From: Callorhinchus milii
Lineage: Eukaryota
DNA: 64,000 nucleotides
Assembly: GCF_018977255.1 (NCBI RefSeq)
Contig: NW_024704743.1
Span: 96,102,001-96,166,000 of the forward strand
Direction of reading: 5' to 3'
Below the pieces are notes generated by a model. That model was not told the origin of the DNA. It was given only the letters and a program-made list of their open reading frames with translations, and made no database searches. Positions 25,689 to 39,591 of this stretch are shown one piece after another. Position numbers and translations under genes: made by a program. How positions within the stretch are numbered: the stretch's first letter is position 1; each line of letters begins with the position of its first letter.

Positions 25689-27449
25689 AACCTTTCTTTC
25701 TAGACCAATCGAAGAATGTCCGACTTGAAGAAATATTCAATAAACATCAATGTATTAAATTCTGCAATGCAACTTGGTAACATGCTCAATGCAATTTGCT
25801 TCACGTTCAGTCCTTGTATACATTATAAACATCTTGCTGCTCATGTATGTTTCTTAACAGATGCTCCTCTAGGTGAAAGTAATAGCTTTGGTGGCTGACA
25901 TGCAGGGGATACAGAAACACTCTCTATTTCTGATGTAATAATCCTTGTATTTGATATAGCACCGTAATACGTCATCGAGACATCTCAAAGTGCTTCACAG
26001 GATATACCATAAAGTGGTTTGACAGTGAATTTGTGGGCAATATGCCCACAAAAATGCAATGCTTGGGAGGTGAGTGCTCTAACCAATATGCTTCAGGACT
26101 CCTGTAAATGCCAATCAGCTGTACCTGTACTGCTCTACATCTACTACTGATGGAAGGCACCTCCTGAAAATCCTCAATGTAATATAAGAACAATGGGCTG
26201 GTTTCTCATTCCCTCCCTGTTCTTGAAGAGAGTTGAAGGTGGCAATAGCAACACCTCTATAGGAGCAATGTGAGAATTTGTGAAAGATGCTTCGGCCAGG
26301 AATTAGAATCTCATCTGCAAAACGGCACCTGATAACAAGGCGCTCCCCCAGGACTGCTGTCAATCATTAGCCTTGAATATGAGATCAGGTACTGACATGG
26401 ACATGAACCCACAACCTTCTTTTGCAGAAGTGAGAGTGAGTGCTACCAACTGAGTAAAGCTGGCAGCACAATGAACTTAATACATGTGCTTTCAATGCCA
26501 CTTGTTACACACCCACACTGCTGACAACAAATGCTCTACCTCTTTAGAAAGGTGTAACATGAAACAGATATGAATATTGAGCCCCTCCACACTACCCAGA
26601 CCACCTTCTAATATTATCCATGTATGCTACCAGGCTCCATTTCACATTTTAAATACAACAACACTACATAGTCTGATTTTAAATACAGCAACACCACGCA
26701 GATCATTTGGGGACACAAACTGCTTAGATATCCAGCCCAATTCAAACAGGCTCCTTAACTTCACTTCCACTCTATAAATTGCACTGCAGCACAGAAATTC
26801 ATAGTCTTTTTTGTGGAGGTTCTCATTCTAAACTTTTGCCCACAAAATATACAGTAAATTCACCTTAAAGTATATTCTCTGAAGTGCATTGAGACATTCT
26901 GACAACATGATAAGGCGCTATGTCAAATACAAAGATTATCATTATTAAACTGAAAGTGGAACAAAGTACACCTAGACTTCCAAAGGCATTTGACAAAGTA
27001 CCTCATGAAAGATGGGAGTTAATCTTCTGGAGATCAAAAGGACTGAAGGAACGTTTTAAGCTGAACCTCTCATGATCTTGTGCAGCACCAAAGATTGTCA
27101 CTGCCCACGGAACACACCCAAGTAATAGTTGTGCAATTCAACAGTGTCATTTTTAGATCCTTTGTCAGTTTTGACAAACCCTGGGCGGTTGATGCAAGTC
27201 CACAGTCAGGCTGTGATTAATGTGCGCACTGAAGTCTCAACTACAGTAAAAATCTAAACTGCAGCACTCGGTTGTGACCATAATGTGATCATTTCAAACA
27301 GAGTGTTTGGTCAAAGCTCAGCTTTCACGTTATGCTTAATGGTGATTCAATGCTGCAACTGTGTTGACTCAACACTAAAGTCCAGCATCGTATAAATCAG
27401 GCTCACAAACTGCAATGATTCTATTCTGAGACCCCTCCTGAAAACTTCC

Positions 27450-28175
27450 CAGACTCTGGTCCACGCCTTTATCACCTCAAGGCTGGACTATGGGAACTCT
27501 CTCCTCGCCGGCCTTCCCGGCACCTCCCTCCACAAGTTGCAGGTCATTCAGAACTCTGCAGCTCGTGTACTGTCCCGCACCAGGCTTTGCGACCACATCA
27601 CTCCCACCCTCGCTCACCTCCACTGGCTCCCCATCCCCCAGAGGATCGAATTCAAGGTCCTCATCCTCGCCTACAAGGCCATTCACGGCCTTGCTCCCTC
27701 CTACCTTTCCGACCTACTATCCCCCTACTTACCTGCCCGTACCCTCCGTTCCTCTGGCTCCGGTCTGCTCCACATCCCCCGCCCCACCATCGGTGGCCAG
27801 GCCTTCAGCCTCTCAGCCCCTAGGCTCTGGAACTCCATCCCCCAGTGCCTTCGCCTTGCTTCCTCCCTTTCCACCTTCAAGGCCGGTCTCAAGACCTTTC
27901 TCTTTGACCGTGCCTTCAGCTCCCCTCTCAACTCTCTACCCCTTCCTCGCCCCCTCCCTTCCCTCCCCTCACCCTGACCATTTCCCCCACTCCTCGCTCC
28001 CTCCCTTCCCTCCCCTCACCCTGACCATTTCCCCCCTTCCTTGCTCCCTCCCTTCCCTCCCCTCACCCTGACCATTTCCCCCCTACTCGGGTCCTGACCT
28101 AACTGTCCAGCGCTTTGGGACGTCCTCCCGACGTGAAAGGCGCTCTATAAATGGAATCTTGTTGTTGTTGTTGTT
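27450..28175 (+). mobile_element. L2 LINE 3' fragment with a 3x tandem repeat in its 3'UTR
   Basis: Open frame [39 protein letters not shown]...WNSIP...KTFLF; ccttccctcccctcaccctgaccatttcccc three times at ~27955-28082; stem-loop and (TTG)n. Confidence 0.93.
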
Positions 28176-28381
28176 GGTTTCAGGAATCAAATCAATCCCT
28201 CTCGTGCAATTCTAAATCCTCTGAGGCCATGACTCCAAGAGAGAACACAGTGTGCCTTTCTCCCAGATGTCCTGACTGTGTTATTCATTATTCATTGAGA
28301 CTGGAGACGAGCTGAGCTATTCTGGGAATGCCATCATATAATTCTTTGCTGAGCTTGTCCGTAGCAGGAAATTATTAGTCC

Positions 28382-28703
28382 GGAGTCCTGTAGCTCAGTG
28401 GTTAGAGCACTCGCTTTGCAAGTGAGAGACCTGAGTTCAATTCCAGGCAGGGCGAAACCTTGGGCAAGTTTCCTTACTCCACACGCCTAATAATAATCCC
28501 TCCAAAAACCCAAATCAATAATTAAATTGGTCATTTTCAATCTACGACTGTTTCTGGGACATTGCTGTGCGCAATTCGCTGCCACGTTCGCCCACAAATA
28601 TACAGTCAATTCACTTTACAGTGTGTTCTGTGAAGCGCTTTGGGACGTCCTCCCGACGTGAAAAGCGCTATATCAAATGCAAGGATTATTATTATTATTA
28701 TTA
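28382..28703 (+). mobile_element. Young full-length tRNA-Ala-derived DeuSINE
   Basis: Same consensus; flanking duplication ATTATTAGT. Confidence 0.92.
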
Positions 28704-29094
28704 GTTGATCATAACACATGAGGCACCAACTGGAAAAGAATTAATGAGAGATAAAAGAATGCCTACAGGCAGAGGTGTTACCAACATCAGGAGTCTGCAA
28801 ATTCTAGTTTGTGAGTATTATACATCAGGAGACTATTTAAACGGTTAGAACTTCTGAAGGTCTGAATAAAGGGATTAGTAATTCATGGGGTTCAAATTGT
28901 TGAATTAGTTTGTTCAGAGTGGGAGTAAGAAAGGGGATGTGGATGTGGATACTATCTCAAATATCATAGATCAGGCTTTGTGGCCACAATTGCATGTTCC
29001 ATGTTAGGACATTGAACTCACACAGTCTAAGATGACACTCCAATGGATTACTGTGGAGGTCACTGCATTGTTGAAGGTGCAGTCCTTTGGAAGA

Positions 29095-30420
29095 CAACAA
29101 CAACAACAATTTGCACTTATATCGCGCCTTCGACACAGGGTAGCGTCTCAGAATGCTTAACAGTGGCAGAGCCTGACTCCCAGCCTGGGATGGGTCTTGA
29201 AAAAGGGGAGGAGGCAAGGCGGAGGGATTGAGGAAGAGTGTTCCAGAGTTTCGGGGCATAGTGGCTGCAAGTGCGACCTCTGATGGTGGGGTGGAGGATG
29301 CAAGGGATGAGCAGGACATCGGTGCCAGCTGAGCGGAGGCACTGGGTGGCGGATTGGGAAGTAAGGAGGACGGAGAGGTAGGGAGGTGCCAGAGAGTGAA
29401 GGAATTTGAACACGTGTGTGAGGATCTTGAAGTTGATCTCTTCAGTGATGGGGAGTCATTGGAGCCTGACTAGAACTGGTGAGATGTGGGTACAGAGTTT
29501 GGTCCGAGTCTGTATGCGGGCGGCAGAGTTCTGAATGAGCTGAATCTTTTGAATAGTGGAGCTGGGGAGACTGGCGAGGAGTGTGGTGGAGTAATCTAGG
29601 TGGGAGGTGACAAACGTATGCATGAGGGTTTCTGCTGCATTTGGGGTAAGCTACGGTCGGAGGCGGGCAATGTGGCGGAGGTGTAAGAAGACAGTCCTGG
29701 TCAGGGACTGGATGTGGGGGAGGAAGGACAGCTGAGGGTTGAACCAGATGCCTAGATTGTGCACTGCTTCAGTGAATGTGAGGGAGAGCCCAGGGAGGTT
29801 GAGGAGTTCAAATCCGCAGGAGTGAAGACGTTGACGGGAGCCAAGGAGTATGGCTTCCGTGTTGTCCATATTCAGCTGCAAGAGTTGCACTCATCCAGGC
29901 TCTGATGTCTGCCATACAAGTTGATAGAATATTGGCGGACCTGGAGTTGGTACTGGAGGAGGCAAAGTAGACTTTTGTGTCATCCGCATACATGTGGAAG
30001 TTTACCCCGTGACTGCGGATGATATCGCCCAGAGGGAGCATATAGATAAGGAAAAGAACAAGGCCAAGGATGCAGTCTTGGGTAGCCCACATGTGACCGG
30101 GTGGGGGCGGGAGGAGAGACCATTTGCTGAGATGAAATGGAAACGGTTGGTTAAGACTCAAACCATGCGAGTGCAATCCCACTAAGGTGGATGAGGGAGG
30201 AGAGGCAGTGGAGGAGGATGGCGTGGTCAACTGTGTCAAACACGGCAGAGAGATCCAGGAGGACGAGTAGGCAGAAGGAGCCCTGGTCACGGATAGAGAG
30301 GACGTCGTTTGGGACTTTGACAATTGCTGTATCTGTGTTGTGGGCAGGATGCAAACCAGACTGGAGGGGCTCGAGGAGGGAGTGGAGGGAGATGTGTGAC
30401 TGAAGTTGACCTGCAACAAT
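29095..30420 (-). mobile_element. L2 LINE fragment, second subfamily
   Basis: LLDLSAVFDTVDH, FHMYADDTKVY, LHSLAPPYL, LWNTLP; (TTG)n tail with a different stem-loop sequence. Confidence 0.92.
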
Positions 30421-31609
30421 GCCAAATTAAACAAAGGTCCTTTCTGCCTGTTCAGGTACTTATGTTCAGACATCACCGGTACTCAACATTTCTCTTGTGC
30501 TAAAATACATTTTAATAATAATATTAATAATAATCATCATCATCCTGAACCCATAATTTTCTGACTCAGACGCAAGAGAGCTAGTAACTGAGCAGGGCTG
30601 ATATTTTTGACAATCTAATCAAGATTAACCTAGAAACACAGGGAATGGGGGGGGTTGGTTATTTTTTGATGAAACGGAAGCTTAAAACTTGTAGAATGGG
30701 AGTGGTTAATGTGGTGCTTTCTTAGAAAATGAACACTTCCCGCTCAAGCTAAAGGGCAAAATGTACAAACTACCAAGATGTGTGTGTGCATGCATTTCCT
30801 AGAAAAACGTCACGGCAAAAGGATGTGTGTCTGTAAGTGTTATCAGAGTTATGCTCAATGTCACATATTCACATATCTGGAAAGTCACAGAGCATTCTTG
30901 TACACATTGAATGACACTGCTTTACTTGAGTCTCCAATGCACTGTGTGAACCTGTTCTGATGACACAGATATTACTGTACAGTAAATGTGGTAAGCCCCA
31001 CGCATAGTTTCTATGACAAATATAATGCTGTTTATGTAAATTTTTCAAGTGGAAGTTCTTTGTTATAGTCTGGTCGCTAAAAATAGAAACTTTTTCAATA
31101 CGTCTTTATGATGGGAAATCCAAAATAGTTTTATTAAGCACCTTTTACATCAGGATGACACCTTGAATAGCTTCACTGATCCAGAAGACAGTATGAGATT
31201 GGGGATGGGGCGGGCTGAGGAAGGATGCGAAGAAAGGTGGTCAAAGGTTGTAGTAGAAAAGAAAGGCTTTCAAGGTGGAGAGATAGGGGATGACTTTGAG
31301 TTAGAGCTGAAAGATCACCCACCGATGGTGAGGCACGTCAAGTGAAGGACATCAAGCAGCCTGGTGTTCACTGAACTGAAGGAGTGGTGAGCAGTAGATT
31401 GCAGGAGGTCATAGGATGTGGCAAGGCCGAGGAGGGATTTAAAAACAAGGACAAATCCTGTTAAAAAGGTCATAAGGAAACCAACACTATTTTACCATAG
31501 AGGATATGATGGATGCCCAAGTCTTACCGTCAGCATCGTATTAGATATCCAAAAGTTAAAAGTAATTATAAACAAGCTGCCACAATGGTACATCTGGTAA
31601 AACTCTACT

Positions 31610-31935
31610 TAGTGTCAAAGTGACTCATACAGATTCTGAAAAGTCCCAGGTTTCAATCCCCACCTGTAATGAGTTAGCTGATCTTAGCCAGGCCACTGAT
31701 TGAGGCATTACAATTGGTTTCAGAGCTCAAGAAGAAAAAGAATCAGTTTTGTTTCAAACTCCTGATCACTGGCTGGGATGGTTGTGTGTCTGGATATCGA
31801 GGGAGGAATAGCATTGGGCTCAGCTATGAAGCTCCACGGTGATGCATAAAAAAAGATCACTTGAGCAAGATACTGGAGGGATCTCAATACCTACAGACCT
31901 GTACCCCAGCAGGTGACAGCGCTTCAGAAGAAGAG
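31610..31935 (+). mobile_element. Old SINE-like family, unclassified
   Basis: B-box-like ggtttcaatccc followed by gagttagctgatct; related copies at ~2780-2930(+), 14380-14520(-), 23140-23460(+), 34760-35100(-), 58400-58660(-), 59600-59900(-). Confidence 0.6.
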
Positions 31936-32153
31936 TATTAGAGGAGGAAGTGAACAGTTACTATAGCTAATTATACCCTGATCAAGCACAGCTGTTTTTT
32001 TAAAATAATTAGTAATATCCCCACCCTCCTCACATTAATGATGATGTACAAATTTAAATCTGCAAATTCTTTCTCACACACGTTTGACGATGATGTTACA
32101 ACTGTTTACATGCAAAAACTCCCCTCCCACAAAAGGCCAAGTACTGCAATTGC

Positions 32154-33528
32154 TTCAGTTCACTCCTCAACTGCATAGCACCAGAACAAACAAAACTATT
32201 GGAAAATGGCTTGACTTCCGTTTCATTGAAGTTCTCAGTTGTCAACTGAGAAAGTGTTATGCAATATAGAATCTTTACATTGCCCCAACTTCCCACTGCC
32301 CACATGATATTTCCATTTCTTCTCAGAGTAACAATGCACATTCAGTGCTAAATTCTCAATATTTTCAATCTCTGACTTTGCATTAACTAGAAACTGGACC
32401 TTGATGTATCAAGCTCCTGATGTCTTTCCTTCCAGTTGTTCTTCCCTTCCATCCTAAAGGTGGTAACTCGTGCTGGAGTACGGGACTTGGGCAATGGTAG
32501 CCTTCATTTGCCAAAACGTTGAGCTAATGCTCTAAGAGACCAACTGATCGATCGCTACTAGGCATCTCGTGCATGCTCATTAAAAACAAGCAGTGGGAGC
32601 GATATTTACTGTAGTGTAAATATTAAAGTTTATATTTTTATACTTTGCCTGAAATACTTTGTGCATCTGGCTTTGTTTTCAATTTGATTCAATAACTACG
32701 CAGTTCTATCGCTCCTTCCTCTTGTCTTTTTCATCATGCACCACTTAGTGATGATCCCGTTATGGGATTGCTGCATTATTGGAGACATTAAACAAAGGTC
32801 CTATCTGCCTGTTCTGGCTGATGTTAAAGAATCCAACAAACTATTGAAAAAGAGAAGGTATTTTCTCTTGATATCGTGACCATTGATCATTTGATACAAA
32901 TCAGGAACAAGAAACATAGTGGACTCTTTTTCCTCTATAAATTGATCCTTAAAACTCCTGACAGTTTTGTGAAATGTTGCTCTGTATAAAATTAGATGTT
33001 GCACTCATCTACAAACACAGTCATTGCACTTCAAAAGTAATTACTGCAAATCATTTAGAGTTGTTTCAAAATTACAGATGCTATATCAAATCCAAGAATT
33101 ATTATTGCTAATAGGAAGGAGTTTAAGTTCAATTTGGTTTTGATTTTATGACTTTCACAACGGCTAATAGAAGCAATGTTTATTTTGAGAACTTTTGTTT
33201 CACAGTTAGTGAGTGTGTGTTACTTATCTCAAAACTACCCACTGATAATTACAAGAATGATATCATACATGTCCCCACGTTTAAGGGTTCTTATGTTTAT
33301 GTTGGGCATAGCAGCACTCATATTTAAGAGGAATATGATACCCTCACAAGCTTGTTATGCTACAGTTCTGAAATCAAGCTGCAACAGGCTAAATACAGAT
33401 CCAAGTACTATAATTATTTCATTTCACTCCTCAACGGAATGGCTCCAGAACGAACAAAACCATTGGGAGCTTTTTTTCTCTTCCGGAGAAGTTCCAGGTT
33501 TGTCAACAGAGAAAGTGTTATGCAATAT
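32154..33528. repeat. Pair of diverged ~112-bp direct repeats (32154-32267 and 33418-33528)
   Basis: Shared ttcactcctcaac...ccagaac.aacaaaac.attgg...gaagttc...tgtcaac.gagaaagtgttatgcaatat. Confidence 0.8.
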
Positions 33529-36500
33529 CATACATGATGTTGTCATGTTCTTGCACAAGCTCCTTTTTTTTCCAATTTTAGCCACTTCCTGGTCACCAAA
33601 CCATACTATTTCATAATGCAATATGATGTGTTGAAATCAATATCTCCTACTCTCATTCTTTCCTAAGAACACAGGACAGTAGAGTGGAACCCCCTTACCT
33701 CCTCTTCTCTCCATCTGACAATTTACACTTTTATAAAATGCAAGCATGGCGTCCCTTCACCATCACGTTTTAATGTACTATTTTACAATTTATTAATGCA
33801 CTGTTCAAAAAGAGGGATTTCTAACCCGGTATCTCCCTGGCCAACCAACACCCAAATAAAATTGATCATTCACTTCAAAGATGCTGTGTGTAAATTGACT
33901 GCTGTATTCACCTACAAAATACACAGTGACCGTACTTTATAGTAATATCCTGATGAGTGCTTTAACACGTGATACTGATGTGAAAGTCGCTGTATCAATT
34001 TCAAGAATTATTTATTTATAATAGCTTAAAAAGAGGGAAAAATATAGAATTTCTCCTTACAAAGTTGACCTACATTACAAAAACATGCCCCCTGCCAGCT
34101 GTTTACAATAGTTCTGATGCTTATCAGGAGCAGGAAACGCCTATTGCAAAAAATAATGAAATAGCAAAAGGGAATTATGTTGATCGAAGGTTTGTGTGTA
34201 TGTATGGGGTCTACTGCTTGCTGATACTTTGGGCTTTAATACTTTTGGCTCCTGCCTTCTGAGAAACAGTCTGAATGTGGTGAAAGTGATAATCATGTCA
34301 TCTAGTGCTCAATGAGACATCAAGCCACACAGCCCAAATTTACATATGTCCTCATATCGTTTTAGTGCAGGAATGAGCATCAGATAAACTTTTATGGTCA
34401 CCTTAAGAAATCTGTTTTATTAAAGTATCAAAGTAAATCGCTATCAATCACTACAACCTGTCAGTTTGCTGTGTGTTTTCCCTCTTATTTTGTTTGCCTT
34501 CAGTATAGTTTTATGATATTTATGCAGCCACTACCAATGACTGCAGAGTAAAGGTTAGTTAATGGCAGCTCTTAAGTTTCCAGTAACTTGACCTTGAATT
34601 AGTATCAGCATGAGTTGCATATTTTTAACCATTGATAACTAACAGGAAATGTGAGAGGTGATTCTCGAGCAGCCAATACGGTTTACGAGGAGTTATTTTT
34701 GGGTTATTTTCTCTGTATTCCAATCTTGCTCTTTTTTTCTCCTCTTATTCTGAAGGCTTCTGTGGTTGTGAAGCTTCACAGGTACCAGCCGCCCTCCTAA
34801 GCCGTCCTCCTTTCATGTGTTAGGCTGGGCAATGATCAAAGAAAGGCCTATTCAAAGGGAAGTGGTCTTGTCCTCTCCTCATATTCAAACTTGGGCACTT
34901 TCCAGCAGGAGTCTCTTGATAGCAATCAGGAACAAGAAAACAATTTCCCTTTCCCAGCTGGAGACAATTGTACCACCTGTACTCTGTGCAGCAACCATGA
35001 TATAAGATCGGATAATACAATACAGACCAGACAATATCTGGGAGCTTCTTAGTCCATATTGGTCTGAAACACAACACCAAGCATTTACCCACTGAGCCAC
35101 CAAAGGCCATGTGTTCCCATATTAGTTCCCTCCCCCTCCTCACTCCTTCACCCTTCCCCAGCGTCTGACCCCATCAGCCTAAGATGCCTTGTTGTTACCA
35201 TTTCCCTGCACCACACCTTAACCGAAAAACAAAACTGCTGCTGAGTCTCCACCCACTGACAGTCGACTGGGAGAATCCCAAGCCTGAACACATACGATAC
35301 GCCTCCTTATGTTTCCTTTCTCTCAGTTACATGCCTGGTCTTTCTTGATAGCACAACACCGAACAGCATCTCATTCATGTAAATTTAAACACATGACCCC
35401 AGCTGTAACTTCTTTTAAGGTGGATGTTAAAGATCCCACGGTGCTATTCGAAAAGAGAAGGGAGTTTCTTTCTCCCAGTCAACAATCGCCCAAATAAAAT
35501 TGGTCACTCGTTTCATGGCTGTTTGCAGGACATTGCTGTGTGCAATTGAGCTTCCACGTTTGCCTACAAAATACAGTGCCTCATTTCACAGTAAATCCTG
35601 TGAAGCACTTTGAGATGTCCTTTGGACTTGATAAGGTGCTATATCAAATGCAAGGAGTATTATTATTATTACTATCTTTTAAATGGTATATACAACCTAA
35701 AGACTAAAGATAAAGTCTATTAATTAACTGGCTATCCTTGGTTTGGCAAGGCATTAGGTACACACCTTTCTTGGAATTGAATCAGAATGAGTACTCTTAC
35801 TTATTAATGCTTAGCAAATAATTGAAAAGAAAATGAAAATATCTTGCAACTAGGACTCACAGTCTGGTGAATTCAACTTTTTTTTTAGCGCATTGCATTC
35901 TATCAACTATTAGTACATGGCGTTTATCTACTGGAAAGAACAAAAAATGTTCAAAAGTTAATTTTATTAAATGCTTATTAAATACATAAGCCTCGTTATC
36001 ATTTGCTACCACGTTATCATAAATGGGAAAGGAAGCTATAAAGCAAAGATTGAAGAGAGAAATAAAAGTGAAACTAACAATTGCTTTTAAATCTATTTCC
36101 CCATTTGGGAGTTGAAATATATGAGATTTGCTTGCAGATTCAAAGTGCTAGTTATCCTTTAACCCATTAAGAAACAGAGCATCTCTCACCCCTTCGTATT
36201 AACAAAAGTTTCCATTATCTTAAGATTATTAATAAGATTATTTTACTTATTATTTTAATACTATGGTCACTTATTTCACAACTGTTTGTGGGACACTGCT
36301 TTGCGCAATTGGCTGCTGTGGTTCGCCCATAAAATATACAGTCAATTCATTTTACAGTATATTCTGTGAAGTGCTTTGAGACGTCTCAATGATGTGATAA
36401 GGCACTATCTAAAATGCAAGGATTATCATTATTATTAGTAGTATTATTATTTAAATCATTTTTTTAAAAAAATCGATTGGACCAACCTTTCATCTTTCTG

Positions 36501-38489
36501 TGCAATAATTTGTCTCCACAGTTTCTGGAATATTTTTAATGTTGGTTAAGAAAAGTCTATGCAACATTCTTAATGTTGTTTAAAAACGAGACTAACCTCA
36601 TTGCAATGCTAAAAATGGTGGTCAACAAAAAGACTGCCTAATGCAAGGCACTAAAGCAATATCTTCCCCACAACCCCATGGTCTCCATTCACAAACTGAT
36701 TATATCCTCCCTGCATGAAACGTAATACACAAAATGTATTGTTTTGTTGTTATATGCTACACACACGATTACCAGATGAACAAATTGTGTGAACTATCCT
36801 TCCTAGCTATTGTGCCACAAACAAGTTAGATATAGCCTGTGGCGGATATATTATTTTCTTGGCAATTCATAGGACAGTAACCTTTACAATATGCATACAC
36901 CTGACAGGTTTATTAGATTAGAAGGGATCCAGACTGCAATTGGGTGGTGGACATGAAATCAAGAACATGAAGGCACACAAGATACTCCCATTGCATACTG
37001 TTTGATCTTGTGTAGAGCTTTCATCTACAGGATGCTGAGCAAATTGGGCATGAAAGAGCAGCAAGAAGGCATAATGAAGTATTCTCACCGTCAGTACACA
37101 ATTATTATTTTTAAGAAACTAACAGGTTGAAAAAAGCTGTAATTAGGGAATGTGAGTTAGGACATTAACTTTTTTGGTGCATAGTTTGATTTAAAATAAG
37201 CTCCGAAGATGTACAGTATTCATGTACTACAATTTCAACCATGTAAGTTAACCCAACTCACTGACATCAGGTAACCTGTATAGCCATTTCTCTAAATCCT
37301 GTCAAATCGATATCTGAAACACGATAAGCAATGATGAGGTGTCAGCCTGGCTCAATCGTCAGAGGTGCCATCCGTTGGATGAGATGTTAAACCAAGATCC
37401 CAGCTGGTCGGGATGACATTAAAGATCCCGTGGGCATTATTCAAGAAGAGAGTTTCTCCTGGTAGCCAAAAATCTTCCAGATTAAAAAAAACATTCACTT
37501 CATGGCATTTGTGGGACGATGCTGTACACACTTTGGCAGCTGCATTCACCTACAAATATGCAACAACTTGCAATTATATTGTGCCCTTCGTGTGGGATAG
37601 GCTATCGGAGCTTAAATAAAGACACTACATTTTACAGAAAAAAANCTGTGAAATGCCTTCAGGTGTTTGACACAATAAGACATACATCAAAGGGAACAAT
37701 ACTCACCAGCTAAATAAATCAAAATCTACATTTAACATTAGGAAACACATGCTCTTGTCTAAGAATAATCAACGTACAGTCATGATGACTAAGGTAAGAC
37801 GTGCTCTGTTTAGGAACTCAAGAAAAAATTGGATTAAATCCTTTTACTTAACCTCCTCCAATTCACTTTTTCCAGCCAGTATCAGCAAATAGCACAAACC
37901 TGGGACCTACAGTGCCAAACTACAAAGGAGCATTTATCCTCTTAGAGGACAAAATGTTAGAAGTGAACAGATCTAAAGAGAATTTCTAAATCATGGTATT
38001 TTTATAATAAATGTTTTGATTTGTTTTAATATATAAGATAAGAACAATCCTCCTTTCATTTGATATAGTGCCTTATCACGTCATGGAGATGTCTCACAGC
38101 GCTTCACAGAGTATATTGGAAAGTGGATTGATTGTGTATTTTGTTGGCAAAACGCTATAATAATCCTTGCATTTGATATCATGCCTATAACAATGAAACA
38201 CTTCAAAGCACTTCACATGTATAATTATCTGACAATTGTGTAGGCAAACACAGAAGCCAGTTTGTACACAATGTCCTACAAACTGACTATAAAGTGAATG
38301 ACCAATTTTATCTTGAGGATTGTTAGCCAGGACACCAGGAAAAANTTCCTTCTTTTTAAGGTCCACCTGAACAGGTAGACGGATACAGAAAAAAGGAATA
38401 CAGTTCTCAAAAGATGTTTTGAAATAGAAAATAGGGCATCACCAGACATTTAACATTGGAATTCTTTTGCCAATCTTCCAAACATATGT

Positions 38490-38725
38490 CCAATTTTTCA
38501 CACAGTGAGTTGTTCAGATCTGGAATGCATTGCCTGAAATGGTGGTGGAAGTCGATTTGATAACAACTTTTAAGAGAGAAGTAATTATTTGGAGAGGACA
38601 AGTTTGCAGAGCTATGGGGAGAGCGCGGAGGAGTGGGATTGATTTGGATAGCTCTTTTAAAAGAGCCGGCACAGACACGATGGGCCGAATGGCCTCCTTA
38701 TGTGCTGTATAATTCTATGATTCTA
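38490..38725 (+). mobile_element. CR1 LINE 3' end
   Basis: ttttcacacag...tctggaatgcattgcctgaa...gccggcacagacacgatgggccgaatggcctcct...ttctatgattcta. Confidence 0.8.
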
Positions 38726-39591
38726 AACTATTTTATCAATTCGGGAGAACTTAGCTGTCAGCAGTTCTGTACTGCCTGGTCTTAGAAAACAGATGCAATC
38801 TTTATCTTTCCTGGGGTCTGTGACTACTTACATCTTTCTCATCTGTTAACCTGGTTTGTTTCTCTAATCTTTTACTCTGCTGATATCTTTCTCTCTTGTT
38901 CCCATTCTCACTTACTGTTTTTGTTGCAGCCATCCTCATCCAAATCTGACTCTTGTCTTCTACAGTGTATATTAATCCCACATTTATGACTTGAAAAGAT
39001 TTGATTATCTCATTACTTACAATGAATAACAAGAGCGGCAATATGGCTAGCTGGAACCAGAAAGGTTTTGTTAGTTTGGAGTTGAGGTAACAAATCATAA
39101 CAGGGACTAAATCTTTGGAACATCCTCAATTTCCAAGACAAATAATCAAACTATATAATATATTTGGAATAATCCAAATTTGTGGAGAATCAAATAAGAA
39201 CAATACTGGTTCATGTAAGCACCAATGAAATGACCCTCATGCCTAGATGATCACAAGCTCAATCTCTGTTCTGAATTATCTGATCTCAGATTGGAACTGG
39301 ACTAGGCTTGATTGTGAAGCACCCCCGCCCCCCCCCCACTCACCCGCACCCCACCTTACCCCCACTCCGTCAAATGGCCTGGCAACACTCAGAGAAGGCT
39401 CACAAATGATGAATAGCCTCTTGGATGAGTTATAGGAGGACATCTGAGGTAAAAAGACTCAAGCAAGTCATTGTAATCAGGGGAGAAAAAGTAGTGGGGG
39501 AGCAGAGAAAAAGCTTCAATTACCCAGAAAGAACTCGTGAATTTTTACAAATTATCCTATACATTTTACCACGTGTTGGAACAGGCTGTAT

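Noticed and set aside
33176..33616. 146-aa plus-strand ORF
   Set aside because: No homology I recognise; it overlaps a non-coding duplication and is probably a chance ORF.
33949..33995. CTGATGA...GAAA hammerhead-like string
   Set aside because: Lies in a decayed DeuSINE tail and lacks closing stems.
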